Below are positions 29,854-39,482 of a stretch of DNA of 64,000 nucleotides, one piece after another. Position numbers and translations under genes: made by a program. The DNA comes from Candidatus Eiseniibacteriota bacterium (lineage in GTDB: Bacteria; Eisenbacteria; RBG-16-71-46), in NCBI GenBank assembly GCA_041483195.1, contig JBGPFC010000021.1:1-64000 (forward strand). Direction: 5' to 3'. Positions within the stretch are counted from its first letter, which is position 1. Each line of letters opens with the position of its first letter. Under the pieces are notes generated by a model. The model did not search any database. It was not told where the DNA came from and worked only from the letters and a program-made list of their open reading frames with translations.

Positions 29854-31188
29854 ATGCCCACTCTCTCCAGGACCCTCACTCAAGGCGCCCAGCGCCGCGT
29901 CGTGCTCATCGACTTCGATTGGCAGGACGCCGACCTGCTTCCGGGCCTGTTGCGCCAGCCCGGCGTCGCCGTGCGACTCGTGGCCGGCGAGCGATCGGAC
30001 GAGGCCGGATTGCGGATGGCAGAGCTGTGCGGTCTGCCGCGCACCCTCGACCTCGCCGACCTCACCCGCGAGATCTTCGATCTCGCGCTGGTGAGCGAGC
30101 GCTCCCCGCGCCGCACGCAGATCGAGGGCCTGCTGCTCGCGCTCGGCACGCCGTGCGCTTCGCCGCAGTCGTTCCTGAACGGGCAACCGCCGCTCTCCGA
30201 GAGCACGCCGGCGATCGAGGCGCCGCTCGCGCTCCACGCCGCGGCATTCGAGACCGCGATCGGCGGCGAGGATTTCAGCCGCATCGTCGAGCAGGCCCTG
30301 AACGATCTCGGGCAGGACGCTCCCACCGCGCCCCGCCCGGTCACCCCCAGCGGCACGCCGAGCTTCTCGATTCCGAGCCTCGAGGACTTTCCGTCCCCCG
30401 AAGACCGTCGCGGCCTCGAGCTGGCGTTGTCGCAGCTGCTGACCGTCACGGGCGCCGAAGCCGCCGAGCTCCACGCCGGCCGTTCGGAGACGGTGTCGCT
30501 GGTGGCGCGGGTCGGCGGACAGGATCCGTTGCTCAAGGGGCTCGTCGATCTGGCGCTCCAACTCAATTCGCCCCAGCTGATGCGTGGTCTGTCCGCCCCG
30601 AACGAGGGCAAGGTCTGGGGCGCGTGGCCATTCCGCACGATGCAGCGCCGAGGCGTGCTGGTCGCCGCCGCGATCGACGAGCGGGGAGGTCTCTCCCCGT
30701 GGGAGCGTATGGTGGAGGAGCTGCGAAGCACCTGGGATCAGCGCGATCGCGAGAAGGCCGCGCCGGCGTTCCCCATGATGCCCGAGACCCCTAAGCTCTG
30801 GCTGGACGTCGAAGATTTTCGCGCGCGCCTGCACCTCGCGGTCGAGCGCAATCGCCTCGATGGTCTCCGGTTCGGGATTCATCGCCTCGAGTTCGCCGGG
30901 CCGGATTCCGCGGTCGCGCTCCTGTGCGAGCGGCTCCCTCAGCAGTTGCGCGACACGGATTGCATCTGCCATCCGACCTCGCGGGAAGTGCTGCTGCTGA
31001 CCGCGACGCCCTCCGGAGCCTTTGCGCACGTCCGGCGGCGGCTGCTGGGATTGTGGGAGCAGGCGTGGCACGAAAGCGGCGAGATTCCCCCCGCGCCGCC
31101 GGTCACCGACCTGCGCGTCGAGATGATGGGCCAGGAGGATGCCGAGGGATTTCTCACGGCGGCCCAGGCGTGGCTCGACGGACTCTAG
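29854..31188 (+). CDS. Hypothetical signalling protein: Rossmann-like N-terminus, GAF-like middle, degenerate GGDEF-like C-terminus
   Basis: VAGERSDEAGLRMAELCGLPRTLDLADL at the N-terminus; C-terminal FRARL..ERNR..LRDTD (RxxD) with no GGDEF signature. Confidence 0.6.
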   Translation: MPTLSRTLTQGAQRRVVLIDFDWQDADLLPGLLRQPGVAVRLVAGERSDEAGLRMAELCGLPRTLDLADLTREIFDLALVSERSPRRTQIEGLLLALGTPCASPQSFLNGQPPLSESTPAIEAPLALHAAAFETAIGGEDFSRIVEQALNDLGQDAPTAPRPVTPSGTPSFSIPSLEDFPSPEDRRGLELALSQLLTVTGAEAAELHAGRSETVSLVARVGGQDPLLKGLVDLALQLNSPQLMRGLSAPNEGKVWGAWPFRTMQRRGVLVAAAIDERGGLSPWERMVEELRSTWDQRDREKAAPAFPMMPETPKLWLDVEDFRARLHLAVERNRLDGLRFGIHRLEFAGPDSAVALLCERLPQQLRDTDCICHPTSREVLLLTATPSGAFAHVRRRLLGLWEQAWHESGEIPPAPPVTDLRVEMMGQEDAEGFLTAAQAWLDGL

Positions 31189-31264
31189 CCCCCGGGCACG
31201 ATTCCCCGGCTGAGACCGCGGCCCGCGCCCGGTGCGGCATGGCCCGGCCCTCCGGCCGCGTTTC

Positions 31265-31294
31265 TTGACCGCGCGGGAAGCCCTCGTGTAAAGG
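31265..31294 (+). promoter_or_regulatory. Possible sigma70 promoter for mutL
   Basis: TTGACC, 18-nt spacer, TAAAGG. Confidence 0.3.
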
Positions 31295-31320
31295 TTCGCC
31301 TCCGACGCAAGGAGGCCCCA

Positions 31321-33096
31321 TTGAACCGCTCGATCCGGCGGCTCGGCCCCGAGACCGCTTCGCGCATCGCGGCGGGCGAGGTGGTGGAGCGACCGCTCTC
31401 CGCATTGAAGGAAATCGTCGAGAATGCGCTCGATGCAGGAGCGCGCTCGATCGAAGTGCGGGTGGAGGGTGCGCTCGACCGCGCCTTCAGCGTGGCGGAC
31501 GACGGCTCGGGCATCGCGGCGAGCGAACTCGAGCTCGCACTCGAGCGCCACGCCACCAGCAAGATCACGGCGCTCGAAGATCTCGATCACCTCGCGTCGC
31601 TGGGATTTCGCGGCGAGGCCCTGCCGAGCATCGGCGCGGTGAGCCGGCTCCGCCTCACGAGTCGCGCGCCGGGGGCGGAGGCCGCGGCATTCGTCGCGGT
31701 GGAGGGAGGCACGGTCGTCGAGCGGGGAAGCGCCGCGCGCGCACCCGGCACAACGGTCGAGGTGCGTGATCTGTTCTTCAATACCCCCGCCCGCCGCAAG
31801 TTCCTGGGCTCGCCAGCGGGCGAGCTGCGCAGCGCGATCCGGATGCTCGAGGCCTATGCGCTCGCCTTTCCCGAGGTGGCCATGCGGCTGGTGGTCGACG
31901 GTCGCGAGCGATTCGACTGGCCGGTCGCGTCCTCGCGGCGCGAGCGCGTGGCTGCGCTCTCGGGAGCGCGGCATGCCGAGCAATTGCTCGACGCGACCGG
32001 CGAGCGCGACGGGATTCGCATCGATGCGCTGCTGGGGCTTCCCGAACATGCGCGTGCGACGCGCGACGGCCAGGTCGTGCTCATCAACCGGCGCTGGGTG
32101 CAGAGCCCGCTGCTCGCGCAGGCGCTGCGCCAGGCATACGGAAACCTGCTTCCCGCGGGCCGCCATCCGAGCGCGAAGCTGTGGCTCACGATTCCGCCCG
32201 CCCGGCTCGACGTGAACGTGCATCCCACCAAGCGCGAGGTGCGATTCGCGACCGAGGATGCGATCTTCGGCCTGGTCGCGGGCGCATGCGCGAAGCCGCT
32301 CGCGACGCTCCAGCCTCCCTTCAGCGTGGTGCGCGGGGGTGCCACGGAGCCGCGCTGGGCCGATCGCGTGCGCGAGCGGCCCACCGACCAGACCTGGCTT
32401 CGCCTCGAGCCGCCGGCCGGAGCTGCGCCGATCGCGCCGGCCGCCCCGGGGGAGGCGGGGCCCCTCGCTCCGCCCGCGGCCCCCGCGGCCGCGCCCATCG
32501 CGCCGCGTGCGGGGGAGGCGGTGAGCGAGCCAGAGCTCTGGCAGCTCCATCGTACCTACATCCTCGCGCCGGTGCGCGGCGGGCTCGTGATCATCGACCA
32601 GCATGCCGCGCACGAGCGCATCCTGTTCGAACAGGCGCGCGCTCGCCTCGAGGGCGATCGCGGGGCATCGCAGCAGCTGTTGTTTCCGGCACTGGTCGAT
32701 CTCTCTCGCGACCAGTACGAGTTGCTGCTCGAGCTCGGACCGTGGCTCCGCCAGCTCGGCTGGGACGTCGCTCCGCTCGGGCCGCCCACGGTCGTGGTGC
32801 AGGGCGTGCCTTCCGATCTCCGTCACGAGCGCCCCGGACAGTTCCTGCAGGACGTGCTCGACGGCATGAACGAGGGCACCGGCCACGGCGCAGAGGAGGA
32901 CATCGCGGAGCGGCTGGCGCGATCCTACGCGTGCCACGCGGCGATCAAGGCGGGCGATCCGCTCGAGCCGGCCGAGATGCGTTCGCTGGTCGATCGCCTG
33001 TTCGCGACCTCGCGTCCGCACGGCGATCCGCACGGCCGGACCACGTACGTGCGGCTCGACCTCGACGAGTTGCATCGCCGCTTCGGCCGCGGGTGA
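31321..33096 (+). CDS. mutL: DNA mismatch repair endonuclease MutL
   Basis: IAAGEVVERP, ENALDAGA, HATSK, GFRGEAL, DVNVHPTK.EV, DQHAAHER, ACHAAIK. Confidence 0.97.
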   Translation: MNRSIRRLGPETASRIAAGEVVERPLSALKEIVENALDAGARSIEVRVEGALDRAFSVADDGSGIAASELELALERHATSKITALEDLDHLASLGFRGEALPSIGAVSRLRLTSRAPGAEAAAFVAVEGGTVVERGSAARAPGTTVEVRDLFFNTPARRKFLGSPAGELRSAIRMLEAYALAFPEVAMRLVVDGRERFDWPVASSRRERVAALSGARHAEQLLDATGERDGIRIDALLGLPEHARATRDGQVVLINRRWVQSPLLAQALRQAYGNLLPAGRHPSAKLWLTIPPARLDVNVHPTKREVRFATEDAIFGLVAGACAKPLATLQPPFSVVRGGATEPRWADRVRERPTDQTWLRLEPPAGAAPIAPAAPGEAGPLAPPAAPAAAPIAPRAGEAVSEPELWQLHRTYILAPVRGGLVIIDQHAAHERILFEQARARLEGDRGASQQLLFPALVDLSRDQYELLLELGPWLRQLGWDVAPLGPPTVVVQGVPSDLRHERPGQFLQDVLDGMNEGTGHGAEEDIAERLARSYACHAAIKAGDPLEPAEMRSLVDRLFATSRPHGDPHGRTTYVRLDLDELHRRFGRG

Positions 33097-34034
33097 GCGC
33101 CGTGTCCACCGCGCGGATCGTGGCGGTGGTCGGCCCGACCGCCACCGGCAAGACCGCACTGGGGGAGGCGCTGGCCGCGGCGCTCGGCGGCGACGTGGTG
33201 TGCGCGGATTCGAGGCAGGTCTATCGCGAACTGGAGATCGGAACCGGCAAGCCGTCTCCGGCCGAGCGCGCGCGAAGGCCGCATCATCTGTTCGACGCGC
33301 TGGCGCTCGGGGCGCCGGCCAGCGCCGGCTGGTACGCGCGCGCCGCGGGCGCCGCGTGTTCCGAAATCCATGCCGGCGGGCGCGTGTCGGTGCTGGTCGG
33401 CGGTTCGGGACTCTACCTGCACGCCGCGCGCGCGGGGCTGGCCCCGGTGCCGCCCGGAACTCAGGAAATTCGCGCTCGGATCCGGGCGGAGGGCCTGCGA
33501 CTCGGATCCGAGGCCCTGCACGAGCGGCTGCTCCGCGCCGATCCGGAGACCGCCGCCCGGCTCGCTCCGCGTGACGCGCAGCGCATCGCGCGTGCGCTCG
33601 AAGTGCTCGAAGCCAGCGGGAAGCCGCTCTCGTGGTGGCACCGGCAGCCCGCCGCCTCCGGGGCCATGGGGCGCTGGCGGATGTTCGAGATCGACGTCCC
33701 GTCGCAGGAGCTCGCGGCGCGAATCGATCGGCGCACCCACGAGATGTTCGAGCGGGGATTGATGGAAGAGGTGCGCGCTCTGGTCGAGAACGGGCTCGCC
33801 CCGGCGCTGCGCGCGCTGCGGGCGATCGGCTACGACGAAGCGCTCGCCGTCCTCGACGGCGAGCTGACGCGTGAAGCGGCCGAGGCGCGCACCAGCCTGC
33901 GCACGCGGCAGCTGGCGAAGCGGCAGCGCACCTGGTCCCGTCATCAGCTCGATGCGGTGAGGCTCGATGGGGAACGTCTCGACGCCTCCGGCCTCGAGGC
34001 CGCAGCGCTCGCCGCGCTGGCCGGGTTCGATTGA
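33093..34034 (+). CDS. miaA: tRNA dimethylallyltransferase
   Basis: GPTATGKT, DSRQVY..IGT.KP, GGSGLY, RALEV, AIGY, TRQLAKRQRTW; follows mutL. Confidence 0.95.
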   Translation: MSAVSTARIVAVVGPTATGKTALGEALAAALGGDVVCADSRQVYRELEIGTGKPSPAERARRPHHLFDALALGAPASAGWYARAAGAACSEIHAGGRVSVLVGGSGLYLHAARAGLAPVPPGTQEIRARIRAEGLRLGSEALHERLLRADPETAARLAPRDAQRIARALEVLEASGKPLSWWHRQPAASGAMGRWRMFEIDVPSQELAARIDRRTHEMFERGLMEEVRALVENGLAPALRALRAIGYDEALAVLDGELTREAAEARTSLRTRQLAKRQRTWSRHQLDAVRLDGERLDASGLEAAALAALAGFD

Positions 34035-34059
34035 CAGTCCCGCCGCGACTGACTAGCTT
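34031..34059 (+). promoter_or_regulatory. sigma70-type promoter of tRNA-Gly/der
   Basis: TTGACA (34031-34036), 17-nt spacer, TAGCTT (34054-34059). Confidence 0.7.
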
Positions 34060-34088
34060 CAGTCGCGCCGAATGCCACCCGACGCTTC

Positions 34089-34164
34089 GCGGGCATAGCT
34101 CAGTTGGTAGAGCGCGAGCTTCCCAAGCTTGAGGTCGCGGGTTCGAACCCCGTTGCCCGCTCCA
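34089..34164 (+). tRNA. tRNA-Gly (CCC)
   Basis: GCGGGCA acceptor stem, D-loop AGTTGGTAGA, anticodon arm CGAGC-TTCCCAA-GCTTG, GTTCGAA T-loop, encoded CCA. Confidence 0.97.
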
Positions 34165-34286
34165 TTCTTGTTTCCGTGGGCTCCGGCGCGCCGACGAATC
34201 GCATTCGAGATTCCGGTGCGCCGCGCCCGTCTGCCGTGTCGAACGTGCTCCATCCGCACCCCGCGTCGCATGAGCCGAGTGCCACC

Positions 34287-35597
34287 ATGTCCGCTCCAGT
34301 CGTCGCCATCATCGGCCGCCCCAACGTGGGGAAATCCACGTTGTTCAACCGTGTCCTCGGCGAGCGGAGGGCGGTGGTGCACGATCGTCCCGGCATCACG
34401 CGCGATCGCAACGCGGCTCGCGCCGAGTGGACCGGTCGCGCGTTCCTGCTGGTCGATACCGGAGGATTTCTGCCGACCGCGGCCGAGGGACGCGACGCGC
34501 TGGTACGGCGCCAGGCGGAGATCGCGATCGGGTTGTCGAGCGTTGTGATGTTCATGGTGGACGCGAAGACCGGCGTCACCGATCTCGACCGGGCGATCGC
34601 CCGCAGCCTGCGCCGCGGCGCGGCGTCCTGCCTGCTGGTCGTGAACAAGGTGGACAAACCCGGCGACGCGGCCGTCCACGAGTTTCACGCGCTGGGACTC
34701 GGCGAGCCGATCGCGATTTCGTCAGAGAACGGCTTCGGCATCGGGGACCTGCTCGACCTGGTGGTGGCGAAACTGCCGCCGCCTTCGCCGGCCGAGGAGC
34801 GACCGCACGCTCGGATCGCGATCGTGGGACGGCCCAACGTCGGGAAGTCCTCGATCGTGAACGCGCTGCTCGGGGAGGACCGCATGATCGTCGAGCCGCA
34901 GGCCGGCACCACGATGGACGCGGTGGATTCGATCTGGACGACGCCCGCCGGTCCATTCGTGCTGGTCGACACCGCCGGGATCCGGCGGCAGTCGCACTTT
35001 GGAGACGACTCCGAGTTCTACGCCTCGGTACGAGCGCTTCACGCGCTCGATCGAGCCGACGTCGCGGGCCTGGTGGTGGATGCGACCGAGGGGTTTCGGA
35101 CCCAGGAGGCCCGGCTCGCTCACGCCGCGCTCGATGCGGGCTGCGGACTGCTCGTGATCTACAACAAATGGGATCTGATCGAGGAGCGGGAGGAGGCGTG
35201 GAAACGCGTGACCGCCGAACGCGTGGAGCGCTATCCGACGCTGGGCGATCTTCCCGCGCTGCCGTTGTCGGCGACGGTGCGCACGCATCTGCACCGGCTC
35301 CCGGGCGCGCTGCGCCAGCGCGTTGAGGAACACCAGCGCAAGATTTCGACCCGGGCGCTCAATGACTGGCTCCGACTGGTACAACGCAAGCGCCAGGTTC
35401 CGAGCACCAAGTCGGGTCGCACGGCGCGCATCTACTACCTCACCCAGACCGGCACCGGCCCTCCCGAGTTCACGCTGTTCGTCAACGAACCTTCGAGGTT
35501 GTCCGAGAACTACCGCCGCTTCCTCTGGCTTCAGCTCACGGCGCACTTCGGCTTTCACGGGACGCCGGTGCGCCTGAAGGTGAGAAAGAGCGACTGA
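34287..35597 (+). CDS. der: Ribosome biogenesis GTPase Der (EngA)
   Basis: Two GRPNVGKS P-loops, DTGG/DTAG, NKVD/NKWD, KH-like C-terminus. Confidence 0.96.
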   Translation: MSAPVVAIIGRPNVGKSTLFNRVLGERRAVVHDRPGITRDRNAARAEWTGRAFLLVDTGGFLPTAAEGRDALVRRQAEIAIGLSSVVMFMVDAKTGVTDLDRAIARSLRRGAASCLLVVNKVDKPGDAAVHEFHALGLGEPIAISSENGFGIGDLLDLVVAKLPPPSPAEERPHARIAIVGRPNVGKSSIVNALLGEDRMIVEPQAGTTMDAVDSIWTTPAGPFVLVDTAGIRRQSHFGDDSEFYASVRALHALDRADVAGLVVDATEGFRTQEARLAHAALDAGCGLLVIYNKWDLIEEREEAWKRVTAERVERYPTLGDLPALPLSATVRTHLHRLPGALRQRVEEHQRKISTRALNDWLRLVQRKRQVPSTKSGRTARIYYLTQTGTGPPEFTLFVNEPSRLSENYRRFLWLQLTAHFGFHGTPVRLKVRKSD

Positions 35598-35601
35598 TTC
35601 C

Positions 35602-36264
35602 ATGGACGCGCTCCCGATGCTTCCGCGACTGGCCGTGATCTACGGGGCTCCCACCCTGATGGCGTATCTGTGCGGCGCGCTGCCCTTCGGATTGTGGCTC
35701 GGGCTGTGGTTCCGCGGCGTCGATGTGCGCCGCGTCGGTTCCGGCAATCTCGGCGCAACCAACATCTACCGATCGCTCGGCCCCGCGCTCGGGATCGCGA
35801 CGCTGGTGCTCGACATCGCGAAGGGGTGGGCCCCGGCGCAGTTCCTGCCGCAGCTCGCGATCGCGGCCCGGTGGCCGAGCGTTGAATGGTGCCGGCTGAT
35901 CGTGGGTCTGGCCGCCGTCGCCGGTCACGTGTGGACCGTGTTCGCGGCATTCCGCGGCGGCAAGGGGGTCGCGACCACGGTCGGGGTGCTGCTCGCGATC
36001 GCGCCGGCCGCGTGCGGAGTATTCGCCGCGGTGTTCGCCATCGCGCTCGCGATCACACGCTACGTCTCGGTGGGCTCGATGCTCGGCGCCCTCGCGTTCG
36101 CGATCGCGCTCGCGTTCCTGTCGCCGCGCGGCGTGGCCAGCCCCACGTTCCTGGTGGGCGCGCTGCTCGCCGCGCTCGTCATCGCGCGGCATCGCGAGAA
36201 CATCGCACGGCTCCTGCGCGGGGAGGAGCGGCGCTTCGCGTTTCGCGCCGCGAAGCCGCGATGA
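35602..36264 (+). CDS. plsY: Glycerol-3-phosphate acyltransferase PlsY
   Basis: GSGNLGATN, D.AKG, GH..F..FRGGKGVAT, RHRENI.RL. Confidence 0.95.
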   Translation: MDALPMLPRLAVIYGAPTLMAYLCGALPFGLWLGLWFRGVDVRRVGSGNLGATNIYRSLGPALGIATLVLDIAKGWAPAQFLPQLAIAARWPSVEWCRLIVGLAAVAGHVWTVFAAFRGGKGVATTVGVLLAIAPAACGVFAAVFAIALAITRYVSVGSMLGALAFAIALAFLSPRGVASPTFLVGALLAALVIARHRENIARLLRGEERRFAFRAAKPR

Positions 36265-37253
36265 GCGTCGCCGCGGTGCTGGGCGCCGGATCCTGGGGCA
36301 CCACCCTCGCCCTGCACCTCGCGGGCGGCGGGCACGAGGCCAGATTATGGAGCAATGACCCCCTCCATCTGGCCGCGCTCGAGGCCGAGCGCGAGAACCG
36401 GAAGTTTTTGCCTGGCATCGCGCTCCCGGACGGGGTTAAGGTTCGGTCGGAACTCGAAGCCGCACTCGACGGGGCGGATTTCGCGCTGTACGTGGTGCCG
36501 TCGCATGCGCTGCGCGACGTGGCGTCGCGGGTGCGGGCGGCGGGCGGCGAACGCACGCTTCCGATCTGCGCGACCAAGGGGCTCGAGCTCGGAACGCTGC
36601 GGCGGATGAGCGAAGTGCTCGCCGAGGCGCTGGGCGGCGAACCGCCGGTGGTGCTGACCGGCCCCAGTCACGCGGAAGAGGTCAGTCGCGGCATACCCAC
36701 CTCGGTCGTCGCGGCGGCGCGGGACGCGGCGCGGGCGCAGGCGGTGCAGGTGTTGTGCTCGACGCCCCGGTTTCGGGTGTACACGAATCCGGACGTCGCG
36801 GGGTGCGAATACGGGGCCGCGCTGAAGAACGTCATCGCGATCGCTGCCGGGGTGTGCGATGGGCTGGGTTACGGCGACAACACCAAGGGTGCGCTGCTCA
36901 CCCGCGGTCTCGCCGAGATCGCGCGCCTGGGTGTGGCGATGGGCGGCATTCGTGAAACCTTCTTCGGGCTCACGGGCATGGGAGATCTGATCGCCACCGC
37001 GATGAGCCGTCACAGTCGCAATCGCCACGTCGGCGAACGGCTCGGCCGCGGCGAGACGCTCGAGCAGGTGCTGGGCAACATGGTCATGGTGGCGGAAGGC
37101 GTGAACACGGCGCGTGCGGCGCGCGATCTGGGCCGCGCACGCGGAGTGGAGCTTCCGATCACCGAACAGGTATGCGCCCTGATGTTCGAGGGCCGCGGTC
37201 CGCGCGAGGCGCTGCAGGCGCTCATGACACGGGACCTGAAGAGCGAGTTCTGA
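36261..37253 (+). CDS. gpsA: NAD(P)H-dependent glycerol-3-phosphate dehydrogenase
   Basis: GAGSWGT, TKGLE, GPSHAEEV, ALKNVIAIAAG, GDLIAT..S.HSRN, AEGV. Confidence 0.96.
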   Translation: MSVAAVLGAGSWGTTLALHLAGGGHEARLWSNDPLHLAALEAERENRKFLPGIALPDGVKVRSELEAALDGADFALYVVPSHALRDVASRVRAAGGERTLPICATKGLELGTLRRMSEVLAEALGGEPPVVLTGPSHAEEVSRGIPTSVVAAARDAARAQAVQVLCSTPRFRVYTNPDVAGCEYGAALKNVIAIAAGVCDGLGYGDNTKGALLTRGLAEIARLGVAMGGIRETFFGLTGMGDLIATAMSRHSRNRHVGERLGRGETLEQVLGNMVMVAEGVNTARAARDLGRARGVELPITEQVCALMFEGRGPREALQALMTRDLKSEF

Positions 37254-37271
37254 AGCCGGAAGGAGGAGAGG

Positions 37272-37661
37272 TTGGCGCCGCTCCGAAGTGAATCCGAGAC
37301 CGAAGGCAAGCTCTACCGTTCGATCAGCGAAGTGAGCGAGATGGTGGGGGTCAAGCCCCACGTGCTGCGCTACTGGGAGACGCAGTTCAGCATGCTGAGG
37401 CCCAGGAAGAACCGGGCGGGCAACCGCATGTACCGCCCGGAGGAACTCAAGCTCCTGATGCGCATCAAGGAGCTGCTCTACCAGCGCCGTTACACGATCG
37501 CCGGCGCGCGCCGCACGATCCTGAACGAGCGCAAGGAATCGACTCCGGAGCAGGTCGAAATCGGATTCGCCGACGCCGACCGCAAGCTGGCGCTGCGCGA
37601 AGTGAAGAGCGAGCTGGTCGCGCTGCTCGGCCGTCTGCAGAGGGTCCCGGCGCGCACCTGA
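37272..37661 (+). CDS. MerR-family HTH regulator
   Basis: YRSISEVSE..VKPHVLRYWETQF..P.K..GNRMY..YTIAGA; typical gene upstream of tRNA-Pro(GGG). Confidence 0.9.
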   Translation: MAPLRSESETEGKLYRSISEVSEMVGVKPHVLRYWETQFSMLRPRKNRAGNRMYRPEELKLLMRIKELLYQRRYTIAGARRTILNERKESTPEQVEIGFADADRKLALREVKSELVALLGRLQRVPART

Positions 37662-37755
37662 CGCGCATCCCGCGCGCGTCGGCGCGGCGGGCGACTTGCG
37701 GGAACCGCGCGGCTTGCATAGATTGATGATACATTCCATCCTCCATCCGTACGGT

Positions 37756-37832
37756 CGGGGCGTAGCGCAGCCTGGTAGCGCACCTGCATGGGGGGCAGGT
37801 GGTCGCTGGTTCAAATCCAGTCGCCCCGACCA
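37756..37832 (+). tRNA. tRNA-Pro (GGG)
   Basis: CGGGGCG acceptor stem, anticodon arm CCTGC-ATGGGGG-GCAGG, GTTCAAATC, encoded CCA. Confidence 0.96.
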
Positions 37833-38031
37833 TTTCTTCTTTCCTCGCCCGCCCCGGCTCGCCGCGCTGCGGCGCCATCGGGGCGCACACGGACCGGCCG
37901 CCCCGCCCCATGCGCGCGCTCAACTCCACCCGCAGCACCGCCTCCGCCGGGTGTCGCCCCCGACGGCAGGGCATCGGCCCGTCTCCGGCCGCGCGCGCCG
38001 CCCGGCGGGTGAGGCGGCCCGCGAGCGCCTG

Positions 38032-38739
38032 ATGCGGACCGCCGCGCTCATTCCCGCCTATCAGGCGGCCGCGCACCTGGGCGGGGTGCTCATGCGCCTG
38101 CAGGCGCTGGCGTCCCCTCCGGACGCGCTGGTGGTGGACGATGGATCCCGCGACGCGACGCTTGCGGTCGCGCGGCAATTCGGCGCGCGCGTGCATTCCT
38201 TCGCGGCGAACCGTGGCAAGGGCCACGCGCTGCTCGCCGGTTTTTCGCTGCTCGCGAAGTACGATGCCGTGGTGACGCTCGACGCCGATGGGCAGCATCC
38301 GCCCGAGTGCCTGCCGCAGCTGGTGGCCGCCGCGGAGGCGGGCGCCGATCTGGTGCTGGGCGCGCGCGCCCGCACCTCCGAGATGCCCGTGCTGCGCCGC
38401 TTCGCCAACGCGTTTTCGTCGGGCTGGACCGGGCGTCTCGCCGGCGCCCGGGTCACCGACAGCCAGTGCGGCTATCGCCTCTACCGCCGCGGGCTGCTCG
38501 CCCGCACGCCGCTCACGCCCGGACGCTACGAGCTCGAGACCGAGATCATCGTCCGCGCGGCGCGGCTCGGATTTCGGCTGGCGGAGATCCCGATCCCGAC
38601 CGTGTACGGAGGCGAGGTGAGCCAGTTCCGCACGCTCCGCGACGCGCCGCGGATCGTCGGCACCCTGCTGCGGCTCACGCTCGAGGGGGTGCGTCCGCCG
38701 GCCCCGATGCGCGACGCGCTCCGCCAGGGCACGCGATGA
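38032..38739 (+). CDS. GT2 glycosyltransferase (polyprenol-phosphate sugar synthase-like)
   Basis: LIPAY, VVDDGSRD, NRGKG.AL, TLDADGQH, DSQCGYR, YELETE. Confidence 0.88.
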   Translation: MRTAALIPAYQAAAHLGGVLMRLQALASPPDALVVDDGSRDATLAVARQFGARVHSFAANRGKGHALLAGFSLLAKYDAVVTLDADGQHPPECLPQLVAAAEAGADLVLGARARTSEMPVLRRFANAFSSGWTGRLAGARVTDSQCGYRLYRRGLLARTPLTPGRYELETEIIVRAARLGFRLAEIPIPTVYGGEVSQFRTLRDAPRIVGTLLRLTLEGVRPPAPMRDALRQGTR

Positions 38740-39482
38740 ACATCCTCGTCACCAACGACGACGGCATCTTCGCCCCGGCCCTGCACGCGCTTCGCACCGA
38801 GCTCGCATCGCTGGGCCGCGTCATCATCGTCGCCCCCGATCGCGATCAGAGCGCCACGTCGCACTCGCTCACGCTTCACCGCCCGTTCCGGATCCATCGC
38901 CACGACGTCGACGTCTTCAGCGTGGATGGCACGCCCACCGACTGCGTGGTCTGCGCGTACTACGGATTGCTCGACTCCGCTCCCGACCTGGTGGTCTCCG
39001 GAATCAATCATGGTCCGAACATGGGCGAGGACGTGTTCTATTCGGGCACCGTCGCTGCGGCCATCGAGGGCTCGATCCAGGGCGCGCCTTCGATCGCGGC
39101 CTCGCTGGTCACGCGCGAGGTCGCCGACTTCCTGGAGCCCGCCGCCTTCATCGCGCGGCTCGCGCGGCGGGTGCTGGAGCGGGGCCTGCCGCGGCGACAG
39201 CTCCTCAACGTGAACCTGCCCCATCTGCCATGGGACGCGATCCGGGGGGTCGCGATCACCCGGCTCGGGAGCCGGGTGTACCGCGACACGCTGGTGCGCA
39301 AGGTGGATCCGCGGGGGCGCGACTACTACTGGATCGGCGGCGAGGACCCGGTATGGGATCCGCAGGAGGGCACCGACTTTCACGCGGTCCACGCGGGATG
39401 GGTCGCGGTGACGCCGCTGCACCTCGATCTCACGGACTCCGGTGCGCTCGACACCCTGCGCGCGTGGAACCTCGAGAAGTGA
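38736..39482 (+). CDS. surE: 5'/3'-nucleotidase SurE
   Basis: ILVTNDDG, GTPTDCV, SGINHGPN, YSGTVAAA. Confidence 0.96.
   Translation: MNILVTNDDGIFAPALHALRTELASLGRVIIVAPDRDQSATSHSLTLHRPFRIHRHDVDVFSVDGTPTDCVVCAYYGLLDSAPDLVVSGINHGPNMGEDVFYSGTVAAAIEGSIQGAPSIAASLVTREVADFLEPAAFIARLARRVLERGLPRRQLLNVNLPHLPWDAIRGVAITRLGSRVYRDTLVRKVDPRGRDYYWIGGEDPVWDPQEGTDFHAVHAGWVAVTPLHLDLTDSGALDTLRAWNLEK

Noticed and set aside
26675..33159. Very long antisense ORFs (904 aa and 1186 aa) and many similar shadow ORFs throughout the window
   Set aside because: They lie opposite well-supported genes, are Arg/Ala/Gly-rich with no motifs, and are expected from stop-codon scarcity at high GC
37783..37799. Run of six G in the tRNA-Pro(GGG) anticodon arm suggesting a frameshift-suppressor 8-nt loop
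   Set aside because: The pairing CCTGC/GCAGG leaves a normal 7-nt loop (ATGGGGG)
37833..38031. Short ORF or ncRNA between tRNA-Pro(GGG) and the GT2 gene
   Set aside because: The translation is low-complexity with no SD or motif, and no recognisable RNA structure was found
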